DNA of 64,000 nt, taken from the sequence record NC_041877.1; one strand, written 5' to 3'. Of the stretch, positions 27,606 to 37,181 are shown one piece after another (the stretch's first letter is position 1; each line of letters starts with the position of its first letter). Source of the stretch: Pseudomonas phage SM1. The notes under the pieces were generated by a model. That model was not told the origin of the DNA. It did no database searches and saw only the letters and a list, made by a program, of their open reading frames with translations. The position numbers and the translations under genes were made by a program.

Positions 27606-27956
27606 ATGCATATCGAAAACCCTCATAAATCTCTCGTGCTCTCCTTCTCTCCGAACGGTGAAGTATCCGGTCTGCACATCGATAAATTCGATTTGGGTTT
27701 CTTGGGGAGGAAGGAAATCCGCCGAGCTACGGAAATTCTGTTCCGCGAGAAGGAGCAGGATTGGGAGATTGTAGTTCTGGACGAGTTTGGTACTCGCGTC
27801 AGTGGCTGGGCTCTCCAGAAAGGTTTCACCAGTTACGAGCGGGCTCGCGACGTGGAGGTGGCGTGGCTCAACCTATGCCGGCTTAACCACGTTGAATGGT
27901 CCAGTCAAGCCGGCGGTAATTACCTTCACCAAGCGATCAAGCAAGTCTGCGGTTGA
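27606..27956 (+). CDS. hypothetical protein
   Basis: ORF followed by a strong terminator. Confidence 0.45.
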   Translation: MHIENPHKSLVLSFSPNGEVSGLHIDKFDLGFLGRKEIRRATEILFREKEQDWEIVVLDEFGTRVSGWALQKGFTSYERARDVEVAWLNLCRLNHVEWSSQAGGNYLHQAIKQVCG

Positions 27957-27974
27957 TACCGCCCATTCCTACAA

Positions 27975-27997
27975 AGCCCGCCTAGCGCGGGCTTTTT
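27975..27997 (+). terminator. rho-independent terminator AGCCCGC-ctagc-GCGGGCTTTTT
   Basis: 7-bp GC stem plus T5. Confidence 0.65.
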
Positions 27998-28018
27998 ATT
28001 GCCTTCAATTTGTGGTAC

Positions 28019-28047
28019 TTGACTTCATATGTTCAAAATAGTATCAT
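28019..28047 (+). promoter_or_regulatory. sigma70-like promoter TTGACT-17-TATCAT (probable early promoter)
   Basis: AT-rich intergenic region after a terminator. -35 at 28019-28024 and -10 at 28042-28047, upstream of RBS ggagaaatacc-ATG. Confidence 0.5.
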
Positions 28048-28079
28048 AATAGGGCAGTCTCATACTCTGGAGAAATACC

Positions 28080-28457
28080 ATGGCCACGTTCAACGACGTT
28101 GCTGCGGGGGCCGCGCTTAGCCGGCTCTCTCGTAGACGTGCAACTGAATCGGAGGTAGCCATGCCAGCAGACGTATGCCTGTTCGCGTGGTTGACCGCCG
28201 AGGCTGCACGGCAAAACTCCAACCCTTTCACTATCAGTGCTCGGCAGATTCAGTTCGGGTTCTCCGACGAGCGAGGTCGTGTGGATAAGGTTGGTCTATC
28301 GGTAAACACGATTGCCTTGGGCCTGGAGAGGCTAAAGGAGAATGGTTTTATTCAGGTTGAGCAGGTCAGCCGGCTACGCGGCGGGGGCAGGCTCATGTCG
28401 ATAACCATTGTGGGGAGTTGGCATGGCGCGGTCGAAAGACGCAAGAAGAGTGCCTAA
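28080..28457 (+). CDS. putative winged-helix/HTH DNA-binding protein
   Basis: First gene after the early promoter. Small basic protein with a predicted HTH-like segment. Confidence 0.4.
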   Translation: MATFNDVAAGAALSRLSRRRATESEVAMPADVCLFAWLTAEAARQNSNPFTISARQIQFGFSDERGRVDKVGLSVNTIALGLERLKENGFIQVEQVSRLRGGGRLMSITIVGSWHGAVERRKKSA

Positions 28458-28962
28458 GAGCGCTTTCAACGATCTGTACCGTCGTCTGCGGGTGTTCTGG
28501 GTTACCGGGGCCCTAGAGGACTCGGCGTATGTTTTGGGGGTCCACGTCCTGGCCAAAATGGCGAGGTATGACACTCTCGAAATTACCGCAAGCTGGTCTG
28601 AGTTCGCCTGCTCGGTCGTATCAGCCGGGTCCGAGGTAGTAGTAGGGCCGGTAACGCCCAACAGGTTTTTCCTACTCGGTGCGGTTCAGCAGTTGCATAG
28701 CACTGTAGGGCTACTCAGTCACTTACATCAAGACGGTATAGAGCAGAGCATCGCAGAGGCTCGGAGCAATGGAGGTATTGCAGAGCACTTTTCTAAGCTT
28801 CCTGGCCCAGCTTCGAACATCGTAGGGATGCATACTTTGCTGATCTTCCGATTCGAGCAGCGCTGCGGGTATGACGAAGAGAAGGTTCTAGAAATGTTTC
28901 GAGAGCAAACATCGGTGGCGCGTATGCCATCTTGGGTAAGGGCCGTTCCCTCGGGGAGCTAA
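28423..28962 (+). CDS. hypothetical protein
   Basis: RBS ggggag plus ATG at 28423 (the track start 28408 is less likely). Confidence 0.4.
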   Translation: MARSKDARRVPKSAFNDLYRRLRVFWVTGALEDSAYVLGVHVLAKMARYDTLEITASWSEFACSVVSAGSEVVVGPVTPNRFFLLGAVQQLHSTVGLLSHLHQDGIEQSIAEARSNGGIAEHFSKLPGPASNIVGMHTLLIFRFEQRCGYDEEKVLEMFREQTSVARMPSWVRAVPSGS

Positions 28963-28965
28963 CTG

Positions 28966-30305
28966 TGAAAGTCACGGCGCACGAAGCCCGCAGATATGCG
29001 GAGGTAGTGGCCGATCTCACTAGGCGGGATGATCTTTACTTTAGCGAATACGTAGAAGTCACTTCTGTACTGGCGAGATTCTGGCCTGAGTTCCTAACGA
29101 TGGCCGAGCTGGCAACCCTCACTTTCATTCTTGGGCGAACGCTCATGTTTCGAAAGAAAGCGGAGTCCATCAGCAAGGCTCATTTTCTGAATGGAGTGAT
29201 TGCGGCAGACGGTACACGGGTTTGTAGCGGCGTAGGAGTGTCACATAACACACTCCGTACAGCTCTCGAAGGGCTGGTAGATAAGGGAATAGTTGATATT
29301 CACGCGTTTTTGGACGGTAAAACCGAGACGATATCGCGTGTTTACGAGGTAAAAACAGCCAAAATAGTGGCTGATAGAGATACCGAAGGGGTTCGAAGTA
29401 TGCTCATCAGGTCCCGGAAAACCATGGAAAAACAGCCAGATAGAGACGGTTTTGAGGAGTCTGGGAGGGGGTCCAAAATTTGGCACACCCCCCTCCAAAA
29501 TTTGGCACACAATAAAGAGATACTACGTATCTCTAAAACATCTTCTAAAGAAGATGTATCCGGATCGGGGGAAAAAGTTGTAGAGCGGGCTTTCAAGCTA
29601 CCTATGGCCAAGAGGGTTAGGCGTGCAAGCGTTTGCACAGAGCCCACTACTATGTCTGCCCGTGAACGGGCAGAGCAGATACTTGGTGCCGCCAAGGCGA
29701 AGCGCAATGATCGGGCGGTGAACACCAAGGTACCTACGAAGAAATGGGAGACCCGAACCCTACAGGCCCTATTGGATAAAGCGCGGGAGTCTGTAGGCAC
29801 CTCGTGCCCTCGCATCACGGTAGTCTCTAAGGGTATCGGGGTACTCCATCGGCGTATGTTGGAAAGCGAGGTAGAAGACGTAGTTGATTTCTTCTCTTGG
29901 GCTCTAACGAACTGGACGTTGGTTGCCAGTGCAAACCGAAAAGCCAAAGCGACCCAGTTGCGTAATAAGGCTACCAAGGCTGCGCAATCGGAAATGCACA
30001 TGGCACCTAACTTCAGTGATCTGGCGTATCGGTTCCCCTACTTCTTCCGGTTCTACCAAGACCGCTGCTATACCGAGAAGCAACTAGCTAGCGAACTGAA
30101 AGCGAAGCAAGAAAAAATACAAACAGCCAAGCGCAAGGAATCCGAAGCCAGCATAGCCCGTCGTAATGAGGTGCGCCGCAGGGACGAGGAAGCGGAACGT
30201 CAGCGTCGCAGGGAAGAAGAGGCATTCCGTAAGCGCAGGGCAGTAATGGCGCAGGATTCTGATGATGATCTGCCAGAGTACGAAGCTCCGGCATGGGGAG
30301 GTTAA
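28966..30305 (+). CDS. putative replication initiator (lambda O-like) with origin embedded in the linker region
   Basis: GTG start after RBS ggggag. N-terminal winged-helix-like domain and a charged C-terminal domain. The coding sequence contains two 17-bp iterons plus AT-rich inverted repeats (29466-29556) and a motif copy (29623-29638). A split into two genes cannot be excluded (internal ATG at 29651). Confidence 0.45.
29466..29556. repeat. putative origin of replication: 2x iteron TCCAAAATTTGGCACAC flanked by G5/C5, then AT-rich segment with two palindromes (AGAGATAC/GTATCTCT, CATCTTC-taaa-GAAGATG)
   Basis: Direct repeats at 29472-29488 and 29494-29510. Inverted repeats at 29516-29534 and 29539-29556. 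They lie inside the initiator gene, as in lambda ori. Confidence 0.55.
29623..29638. repeat. motif copy GTGCAAGCGTTTGCAC inside initiator ORF, about 70 nt downstream of the origin repeats and 13 nt upstream of an internal ATG
   Basis: Same family. Confidence 0.8.
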
Positions 30306-30306
30306 A

Positions 30307-30873
30307 ATGAAGAAAGTGAATATCCCTTCTCAACTGCGCAAGGCTGGGGTTCCTCGCTCTTGCTGGGCTATTAACTGCGACGACACGGGCCGTGGGTATA
30401 TCAACACTTGGGCTGAAGATGTGTATAAGCGTTTCGATAGTCGTGAGAGCCGGCTTGGCGTCTACGTTCGGCCAGCGAGCCGGGAGTCCTCCATGCTCGC
30501 TATCGAGGCCGTGGAGTTGCATGCCCGTCAGGCTGTAGTGCATGGCGTGCCCGGGAAGTACCTAACTTTCTCTCGCCTCGTCCAATTGTTACGTCTCTCT
30601 GAAACACGAGAGGCTAGCGACGAGGACATCCACTCGTTGGTAGGTCGTGGCTTTTTCGCGATACCGGTCCTGCCTACTGTCGTCAGTTGGCCGGGCGGCC
30701 AGCAACACGCTTACAACGAAGCCATGGGTTTCCTGCATTCCCACATTTGCGAAGGAGGGATTCTTCTGACCTCGGCGGCGCACAAGCTACTCACTGAGTA
30801 CAAAGGAGGTGTGGGTTTCCCCCTGGAGCTGGAAAAATTGATCTTTGACACATCGGTAATCGTGGAGGTGTGA
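30307..30873 (+). CDS. hypothetical protein (possible helicase loader / replisome organiser)
   Basis: RBS ggaggttaaa-ATG. Sits between the initiator and the DnaB helicase. Confidence 0.35.
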   Translation: MKKVNIPSQLRKAGVPRSCWAINCDDTGRGYINTWAEDVYKRFDSRESRLGVYVRPASRESSMLAIEAVELHARQAVVHGVPGKYLTFSRLVQLLRLSETREASDEDIHSLVGRGFFAIPVLPTVVSWPGGQQHAYNEAMGFLHSHICEGGILLTSAAHKLLTEYKGGVGFPLELEKLIFDTSVIVEV

Positions 30874-30874
30874 T

Positions 30875-32152
30875 GTGACAGTAGGTCTTAATTTCCTTGC
30901 TACCGTTGTGGCCTCCGAGACAGGATCATCCCTAGCTAGGCTGGAGGAGGATTTGTTTGTAGGTGAGCAGGAGCAGGCTGCTTTCGAGTTCGTGCGCCGC
31001 TACTACCGGCAGTACCGGTCCGTCCCTGACGCCAGGACTGTGCAGGAGCATACCGGGGTACGGCTGCCTACTCCTCGGGGGGATGTCGAATTCCACCGAA
31101 ACAATCTGTATGACCGTCGCACGTTTGACGTGATCCGCGATACGTACTCAACCCTACGCGATGCGATAGGTACGCGGCAGCCCGCCCCGGCTATTCAGGC
31201 CCTTGAATCCGGGCTGCGGCGCGTACGTAGCACACAGCGTAATGCTGGACTGGTAGACCTTGCCCAGGGCATGGCGGAGGTCCGCCAGCGCCTTGTACGG
31301 GTGCAAGCCATGGGAGGTATGTCGGGGGTTCCAACACCATGGCCCACTCTGAACGCAGAGACCGCAGGTTACCAAGACTCGGACCTCATCACGTTTGTGG
31401 GTCGTATGGGTACTGGTAAAACTATGACCCTTCTCTGGCAGGCCAACCACGTCTACGAGGAAGGCTACTCCGCATTGGTAGTTACAACCGAGATGGGGTC
31501 GGAGCAGATAGCTCGCCGATGGATGGCGATGCATTACGGCCTGGATGCCAAGATGCTGAAGTCCGGCATGGTCTCTACTCGACTTCTACGTCAGATAGAA
31601 CAGTACGAAGCTGAGTTGCTGGGGCGAGAGCGTTTCCGGATTCTGTCGCTCGGCACCGGGGCGCAGATATCACAGATTGAGGCGGCAGTGGAGGAGTTAA
31701 GTCCTGATATCGTATTCATCGACGGTGCTTATTTGCTCAAACCGAGTAAGCAGAGCCGACCGCTCAACCGTAATGAAACAGCCGCTTATGTGTTTGATGA
31801 GATAAAGCAGCTAACCATCGACACTAACCGCCCTTGGGTAGTCAATACCCAGTTCAACCGCGCAGCGGGCAAGGGCGGTAAGGATGGCACCCTGGAGTCC
31901 ATCGCTATGTCCGATGTGATTGGTTATCACAGCTCGATTGTAGTAGCAGTAAAGCACGGACCCACGGAGAACCCGTATGAGTCTCGTGAGCTTGATATTC
32001 TCAAAGGACGGGAAGGGGAATTCGGGTCATTCTTTACGCACTACCGTTTCAAGCCTGCAAACCTCAACGAGATGACGGCGGAGGAGGTTGAGGCCGTGTC
32101 GGCTGGTCCGGCGGCTGCCGAAGAAGACGATCAAGGATACGCTTGGAGGTAA
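30875..32152 (+). CDS. replicative DNA helicase, DnaB family
   Basis: Walker A GRMGTGKT and Walker B IVFIDGAYLL. DnaB N-terminal-like domain. RBS ggaggtg plus GTG. Confidence 0.8.
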   Translation: MTVGLNFLATVVASETGSSLARLEEDLFVGEQEQAAFEFVRRYYRQYRSVPDARTVQEHTGVRLPTPRGDVEFHRNNLYDRRTFDVIRDTYSTLRDAIGTRQPAPAIQALESGLRRVRSTQRNAGLVDLAQGMAEVRQRLVRVQAMGGMSGVPTPWPTLNAETAGYQDSDLITFVGRMGTGKTMTLLWQANHVYEEGYSALVVTTEMGSEQIARRWMAMHYGLDAKMLKSGMVSTRLLRQIEQYEAELLGRERFRILSLGTGAQISQIEAAVEELSPDIVFIDGAYLLKPSKQSRPLNRNETAAYVFDEIKQLTIDTNRPWVVNTQFNRAAGKGGKDGTLESIAMSDVIGYHSSIVVAVKHGPTENPYESRELDILKGREGEFGSFFTHYRFKPANLNEMTAEEVEAVSAGPAAAEEDDQGYAWR

Positions 32153-32154
32153 TT

Positions 32155-35061
32155 ATGGCATTTGATGAAACACTATGTGATGGCTGCCCGATCCAGGGCG
32201 AGTTCACACCGTACCGTGGCGTAGACGGGAACGAGGATGCCCCCTACCTGATAGTTACAGATTTGCCTAGCCAAGCTGGCGCGAGAAAAGGCCGCATGCT
32301 TCCCGCCAATCAGGGCAAATTGCTCGCTAAGTGCCTGAAGGATGAAGAGTTCGATACAGCGGATTTCCGCCTAGTTCCTATGTGCCGTTGCCCGTACAAC
32401 AAGGATTCCTACAAGACTGCTTTCAAGAAGCAGATTAACCGCCACTGCCGGCGGCACCTAGAAGATTATATCGACGAGACCAAGCCGGCTGCGATTATCA
32501 CGCTGGGGGCAGATGCCACCGGTCAGGTGATGAACAAGAACGTCAAGATCACCAAGGTACGCGGCCTAGCGCATCACTCTGAGGAGTTTGGGGTACCGGT
32601 ATTCCCGATGCAGTCTATCGCCGTAGCGGTTAACTATCCTCAGAACGAGCCGTTGCTAGCCGCAGACTGCGCGAGTTTTGGCCGTCTTGTAGATGCCGAT
32701 CTAGATATCGATACCGCTGACGCCTTCACCACCGGGGAATACACGCTGGTAAAAGACCTGCAATTCCTCATCGATATGGACCCTGAGATTCTGTCGTTCG
32801 ATACTGAGACTACTGGATTGCGTTGGTACCAACGTGGCGTCGATGTACGGAGCTACCGTAAGCACCTTCATGAGGGCAAAGCTTGGTTTCAGCCGCGTTT
32901 CCAGATACTCACTATGCAGTTTACCGTCGAAGCTGGCAAATCCTACGTACTGGCCTGGGACCACCCGGAAGACCCAATACCGGAGGAGGATAAACCTCGC
33001 CTGCGTAATCAGCTCCGCCAGTTGTTATGTGCGCCTAATCGGATAGTGGTAGGCCAGCGTCTCAAGTTCGATAACGTAGCTTTGTGGATGACCGAGGGCA
33101 TTCGCTTCCGCATCGGCGGCGATACTTCGATGATGGCTGCTATCGTGGACGAAAACCTACCCGAGAAAAACTTGGACGTATTGACCAAGCTGTTCGTGAA
33201 GGATATGGCCGGGTACGCGGATCGGTTCAATCAAATCGTGCAGAAAGATCGGATGTGGGAGACCACCTTGGATAGTCTTGTCCCCTACGGCGGTGGGGAT
33301 ACCGATGCGGTTTTTCGTCTATACCATATTTTGGAGGACAAGATCGCGAGCGACGAGGGGCTCTGGACTCACTACACCCAGGTCTCCATCCCTGGCCTGA
33401 ATGCCATGGCTCGCATCGAAACCCATGGTATGTATGTGGACATGGAGGAGGCGATGCCGCAGTTCCAGGCCTACATGGAGGAGGAAGTTGAGAGGCAGCG
33501 GCTTAGCTTGCTTTCGCAGCTTGACCGTGGCTTGAAGCGGGATGTGGTAAGGGACTTTTTGAGCAAATCCCAGAATAAAAATAAGTCCGCGGAGGAGGCG
33601 CTGTCTTTCGGGCGAACTGATTTCCTGAAGGAGATTCTGTTCTATCACCCGAAAGGGTTCCGGCTCAAACCGGTAGTCTTTACAAAGACTACTGACAAGC
33701 TGGAGGACCCGAACCTAAAAGAACCAAGCACCAGTTCGAAAGACCATCTTCCGTTCTTCTTCGACACATGCCCGTTCACGCTGGAGTTGGCCCAGTATGT
33801 GAAGGATAAACGGATGTTGGAGACGAACATCCTGGGTTTCCAAGAAAAGTTCGTCGTAGACGGTATGGTGCGCCCTACCTACTATCTGGATGTCACGGTG
33901 ACCCGACGTACGGCATCTCGCGACCCCAACGGGCAGAACTTCCCGAAGCGCGGCAAGAAAGCCAAGATGTACCAGAAATCCTTTGTGGCGCCGAGGGGGT
34001 GGGTCATCATCTCTTGCGACTTGTCGCAGGCTGAGCTGCGTATTGCGGGGGACATGGCTCGTGACCCAGAGATCATCCGTATCTACAACGAGAATGGGGA
34101 CATTCACATAACCACGGCATGTATCGTGGCCCGCATTAGCGAGGAGGAATTCCATAGACTGCCCGAGGAGCAGAAGAAGGACCTACGTACTAAAGCGAAA
34201 GCGGTGAACTTCGGTTTCCTCTATGGCATGTCTTGGCGGAAGTTCATCATTTACGCCAAAACCCAGTACGGCGCGGTATTCACTGAGCAGCAGGCGAAGC
34301 GTATTCGTACGGATTATTTCCGCCGCTACAAGAATCTGGAGGTATGGCACAAGAGAGTACGGCAGATTGTACAAGAGCGGGGATGGATTCGGTCTTACTC
34401 AGGTCTTATCCGCCATCTCCCTACCGTGTGGAGCCATGAGGAGTACATCCAGGCAGAAGCTATTCGCCAGGGCATTAACAGCCCTGTGCAGGAGTTTGGC
34501 TCGACCCTCGGGGTTATGGCCCTGGGTCGCATGGACGAGGAGTTGGACCCAGAGTACATCAAGCTCATTGGTTTTGTGCATGACGCGATTTATGCCTATG
34601 TCAGGGAGGAGCATGTTGACTGGGGCTTGAAGACCTTGAAGCGCTACATGGAGACCAACCCGCTGGAGGAAACTTTCAATTTGCGCATGCGTATCCCGAT
34701 TGTTGCGGATGCTTCCTTCGGCTGGAATCAGGGCGAAATGTTCGAGTTGAGTAATTTCCGTCTCGACGAGCCTTATGACTTCTCGACAATCCAAGACAAG
34801 GAAGGTAGGCAGCTGTTCGAACTTCCAGAGCAGGTCGCTCCCGCTAATGATGGTTACTTGGTCGGTTCACCGTACACGGAGCCTGATGAGTTTGAGGATG
34901 AGAATGTGGTCTCCATCGCTCGCGTCCGCCGGATACGCGGAGCCAGTGTGAGTAGCACAAAGAAACAGGGCCACCGGAAAGGTCAAGCGCCGGTCAAAGT
35001 GCGTTTCGCGGAAGATAGCGAGACAGCACCAGCAACCTCGCGCATCCGTAGGAGCAGGTAA
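32155..35061 (+). CDS. DNA polymerase I (family A) with 3'-5' exonuclease and N-terminal UDG-like (family-4-like) domain
   Basis: Exo I FDTETTGL. Pol motif A ISCDLSQAELRIAG, motif B RTKAKAVNFGFLYGMS and motif C VHDAIYAY. The N-terminus CDGCPIQ...LIVTDLPSQ..KGRMLP..QGKLL resembles the UDG family 4 core. Confidence 0.9.
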   Translation: MAFDETLCDGCPIQGEFTPYRGVDGNEDAPYLIVTDLPSQAGARKGRMLPANQGKLLAKCLKDEEFDTADFRLVPMCRCPYNKDSYKTAFKKQINRHCRRHLEDYIDETKPAAIITLGADATGQVMNKNVKITKVRGLAHHSEEFGVPVFPMQSIAVAVNYPQNEPLLAADCASFGRLVDADLDIDTADAFTTGEYTLVKDLQFLIDMDPEILSFDTETTGLRWYQRGVDVRSYRKHLHEGKAWFQPRFQILTMQFTVEAGKSYVLAWDHPEDPIPEEDKPRLRNQLRQLLCAPNRIVVGQRLKFDNVALWMTEGIRFRIGGDTSMMAAIVDENLPEKNLDVLTKLFVKDMAGYADRFNQIVQKDRMWETTLDSLVPYGGGDTDAVFRLYHILEDKIASDEGLWTHYTQVSIPGLNAMARIETHGMYVDMEEAMPQFQAYMEEEVERQRLSLLSQLDRGLKRDVVRDFLSKSQNKNKSAEEALSFGRTDFLKEILFYHPKGFRLKPVVFTKTTDKLEDPNLKEPSTSSKDHLPFFFDTCPFTLELAQYVKDKRMLETNILGFQEKFVVDGMVRPTYYLDVTVTRRTASRDPNGQNFPKRGKKAKMYQKSFVAPRGWVIISCDLSQAELRIAGDMARDPEIIRIYNENGDIHITTACIVARISEEEFHRLPEEQKKDLRTKAKAVNFGFLYGMSWRKFIIYAKTQYGAVFTEQQAKRIRTDYFRRYKNLEVWHKRVRQIVQERGWIRSYSGLIRHLPTVWSHEEYIQAEAIRQGINSPVQEFGSTLGVMALGRMDEELDPEYIKLIGFVHDAIYAYVREEHVDWGLKTLKRYMETNPLEETFNLRMRIPIVADASFGWNQGEMFELSNFRLDEPYDFSTIQDKEGRQLFELPEQVAPANDGYLVGSPYTEPDEFEDENVVSIARVRRIRGASVSSTKKQGHRKGQAPVKVRFAEDSETAPATSRIRRSR

Positions 35062-35123
35062 TCGGTGTAGGTCAGCATTACCGGCTAAACAGGTATAATC
35101 CTAACAAATGGAGAACACTACCC

Positions 35124-35588
35124 ATGGCAATCATGCGCAATCCGCAAGTCCGCCGGCTGCGCCGTCCCGCAGCCACGGTCGAGCGGGAAGACAAGGCGAA
35201 AGCTGAGAAAGAACTCAACACCAAGCTCCAGCTCATTGCGGTTGAGCTAGCTAAGGTCGAGGCGGCGACCGATGCTATGGAAGCTTTGCGCAATCGCGTT
35301 GGTGAGCTTTTGAAAACGCTGGGTAAATCTGACCACGAGTTTGCCGGTATATCGGCAGCCTGGAAAGACGAAATGACCAGGGCCAGCCGTGAAGTCGATC
35401 CGCACAAGCTCTACAACAAGCTCGCAGAGAAGGATTTCTTCGCTGTAGTAAAAGTGAGTTTGGGGGAGCTTGGTAAGGTTCTGACCGAAGACGAAATTGA
35501 TGCTATAGCTAAAACGATACCGGCCACTAAAAAGGGACAAAAGCTGGTCGTGGAGCGTAAGAAGGCGGCAGCCGGGAGGAGGAAATGA
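35124..35588 (+). CDS. hypothetical protein
   Basis: 154-aa charged helical ORF. Confidence 0.45.
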   Translation: MAIMRNPQVRRLRRPAATVEREDKAKAEKELNTKLQLIAVELAKVEAATDAMEALRNRVGELLKTLGKSDHEFAGISAAWKDEMTRASREVDPHKLYNKLAEKDFFAVVKVSLGELGKVLTEDEIDAIAKTIPATKKGQKLVVERKKAAAGRRK

Positions 35589-35776
35589 ATAATTTGCGTG
35601 AGCGTATTCGTAACGTGGTCAATCGTTACCGGGACGCCAGTAGCCGGCCCGACGTTATCGTCTTGCTCGCGGAGGCCGCAGTCGAGATCGACAGCCTAAC
35701 CGACATCATCGCTGCCTACGCTGAGAAAGAAGTGCAAGCGCTTGCACGGGCTAAGGACAAAGAGGAGTCGAAGTAG
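35585..35776 (+). CDS. small hypothetical protein
   Basis: ATGA-coupled. Contains the perfect palindrome GTGCAAGCGCTTGCAC in frame (V-Q-A-L-A-R). Confidence 0.35.
   Translation: MNNLRERIRNVVNRYRDASSRPDVIVLLAEAAVEIDSLTDIIAAYAEKEVQALARAKDKEESK
35732..35747. repeat. motif copy GTGCAAGCGCTTGCAC (perfect palindrome), 30 nt upstream of primase start
   Basis: Same family. In frame V-Q-A-L-A-R within the small ORF. Confidence 0.8.
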
Positions 35777-35779
35777 GGT

Positions 35780-36811
35780 ATGGATCGCGGAACGATAAAA
35801 GAGGTCGTCCGCGATGTGTTCGGGCGTTCAACGGAAATGATCGACACTGGCGATTGGGTCAGTATGCGATGCCCGTTAGCGCCCTGGACACATGATAGCG
35901 GGTCGGACACGCACGCTTCTGCCGGGGTATCCGTGGTAGAGGACGGCACCAGTATTTTCAACTGCTTCACTTGCAAAAATACGGCACCGTTCCATGTGAT
36001 GCTAACCCGGTACGCTGAGTTTACCGGGGAGGACCTGGACGACCTTATCGAGGAGCTGGAGGAGGGCGAGTTTCTGGGCCCACGAACCATATCCAGCATG
36101 GATGCGTGGCTAACGGACAACCTCCAAGAAGTGCTAATGCCCATCAATGAGGGCATTTACATGGACCTATATGATTCTGCCGTTGGGCACCCATACCTGC
36201 GGCAGCGGGGTATATCTAACTCCACCGCCCGTAAACTGGAGCTATTGTTCGACCCCTCCGATAGCGAAGGCGAGCCTAGAATACTTTTCCCGGTACGGGG
36301 GCCGGGGGGAGAACTGTACGGGTTCAGCGGACGTGCTACGAGGGATACCGCCCGCCTCAAGGTGCGGGACTACCACGGTCTGGCCAAATCGCATTGCGTG
36401 CTCGGGGCCCATCTCGTAGGCCCTTCTGATGACGTGGTAGTCGTAGAGGGTTTAGTGGACTACGCGGTAGTTCACGACATGGGGGCTTGCGGCTGCGCGG
36501 TAATGCACTCGACCATGACCAAGTTCCAAGCCGCAATTGTGGCAGGGTTCGGCGCGCCAACCTATTTGTTTTACGACAACGACAGCGCGGGCCAAAAAGC
36601 GATCCCGATAGCAGCGAATCAGCTATGCCAGCATGTGAGCGTATTCCGACCGACCTACCCCAAAGTTTGGATACCTAACAGCGCAGAAAAAGAAGGCGGC
36701 CATTTCTTGAAAGACCCGGGAGAAATGACCGATGAAGAGTTTTGGGAGATGAAGAGAACCGCTAGGCTATGGGATAAACCAAACTGGCTTAAAAGCAGAC
36801 GCAACTATTGA
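35780..36811 (+). CDS. DNA primase (zinc-binding N-terminus plus TOPRIM domain)
   Basis: Cys/His cluster CPLAPWTHDSGSDTH...CFTC. TOPRIM motifs VVVVEGLVD and YDNDSAGQKA. Confidence 0.7.
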   Translation: MDRGTIKEVVRDVFGRSTEMIDTGDWVSMRCPLAPWTHDSGSDTHASAGVSVVEDGTSIFNCFTCKNTAPFHVMLTRYAEFTGEDLDDLIEELEEGEFLGPRTISSMDAWLTDNLQEVLMPINEGIYMDLYDSAVGHPYLRQRGISNSTARKLELLFDPSDSEGEPRILFPVRGPGGELYGFSGRATRDTARLKVRDYHGLAKSHCVLGAHLVGPSDDVVVVEGLVDYAVVHDMGACGCAVMHSTMTKFQAAIVAGFGAPTYLFYDNDSAGQKAIPIAANQLCQHVSVFRPTYPKVWIPNSAEKEGGHFLKDPGEMTDEEFWEMKRTARLWDKPNWLKSRRNY

Positions 36812-36845
36812 CATACGCAGGGCTATAGCCTAGTATGGTGAGCAG

Positions 36846-37181
36846 ATGACTACTGGTCATGTAGATGAACCGAACTACCTACTCCAGACCCTTTTGCCGT
36901 TACGCAACGGCCAGACTGCGAAGTTGGTACAGGTTACTAAATCCCGCCACGGTAAGTTGGCGGTAGAGCGGACGACTAATACTGGAATTCTTTTTGCCCC
37001 TGGTCAGCTTTATGGATTGGACCCGAGGGCCGTTGTGATTTCCCTCCTGGGGAGGGGTAGCTGTGTGATCTTCCCTGGATCACGTAAAGGAGCGGGCGAC
37101 TTGGTTCGAGCTGGGGTAGCCCCATCGCTGGCCAAAGCCTTACTTGAAACATTGACTGAAGTGTACGGAGTGAATCGATGA
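36846..37181 (+). CDS. hypothetical protein
   Basis: 111-aa ORF. Confidence 0.4.
   Translation: MTTGHVDEPNYLLQTLLPLRNGQTAKLVQVTKSRHGKLAVERTTNTGILFAPGQLYGLDPRAVVISLLGRGSCVIFPGSRKGAGDLVRAGVAPSLAKALLETLTEVYGVNR

Noticed and set aside
29472-29510. Sigma54 -24/-12 promoter (TGGCAC) reading of the iteron TTGGCACAC
   Set aside because: No TTGCW -12 element exists at the required 4-5-nt spacing. A tandem direct repeat plus an AT-rich palindrome inside an initiator gene fits an origin much better.
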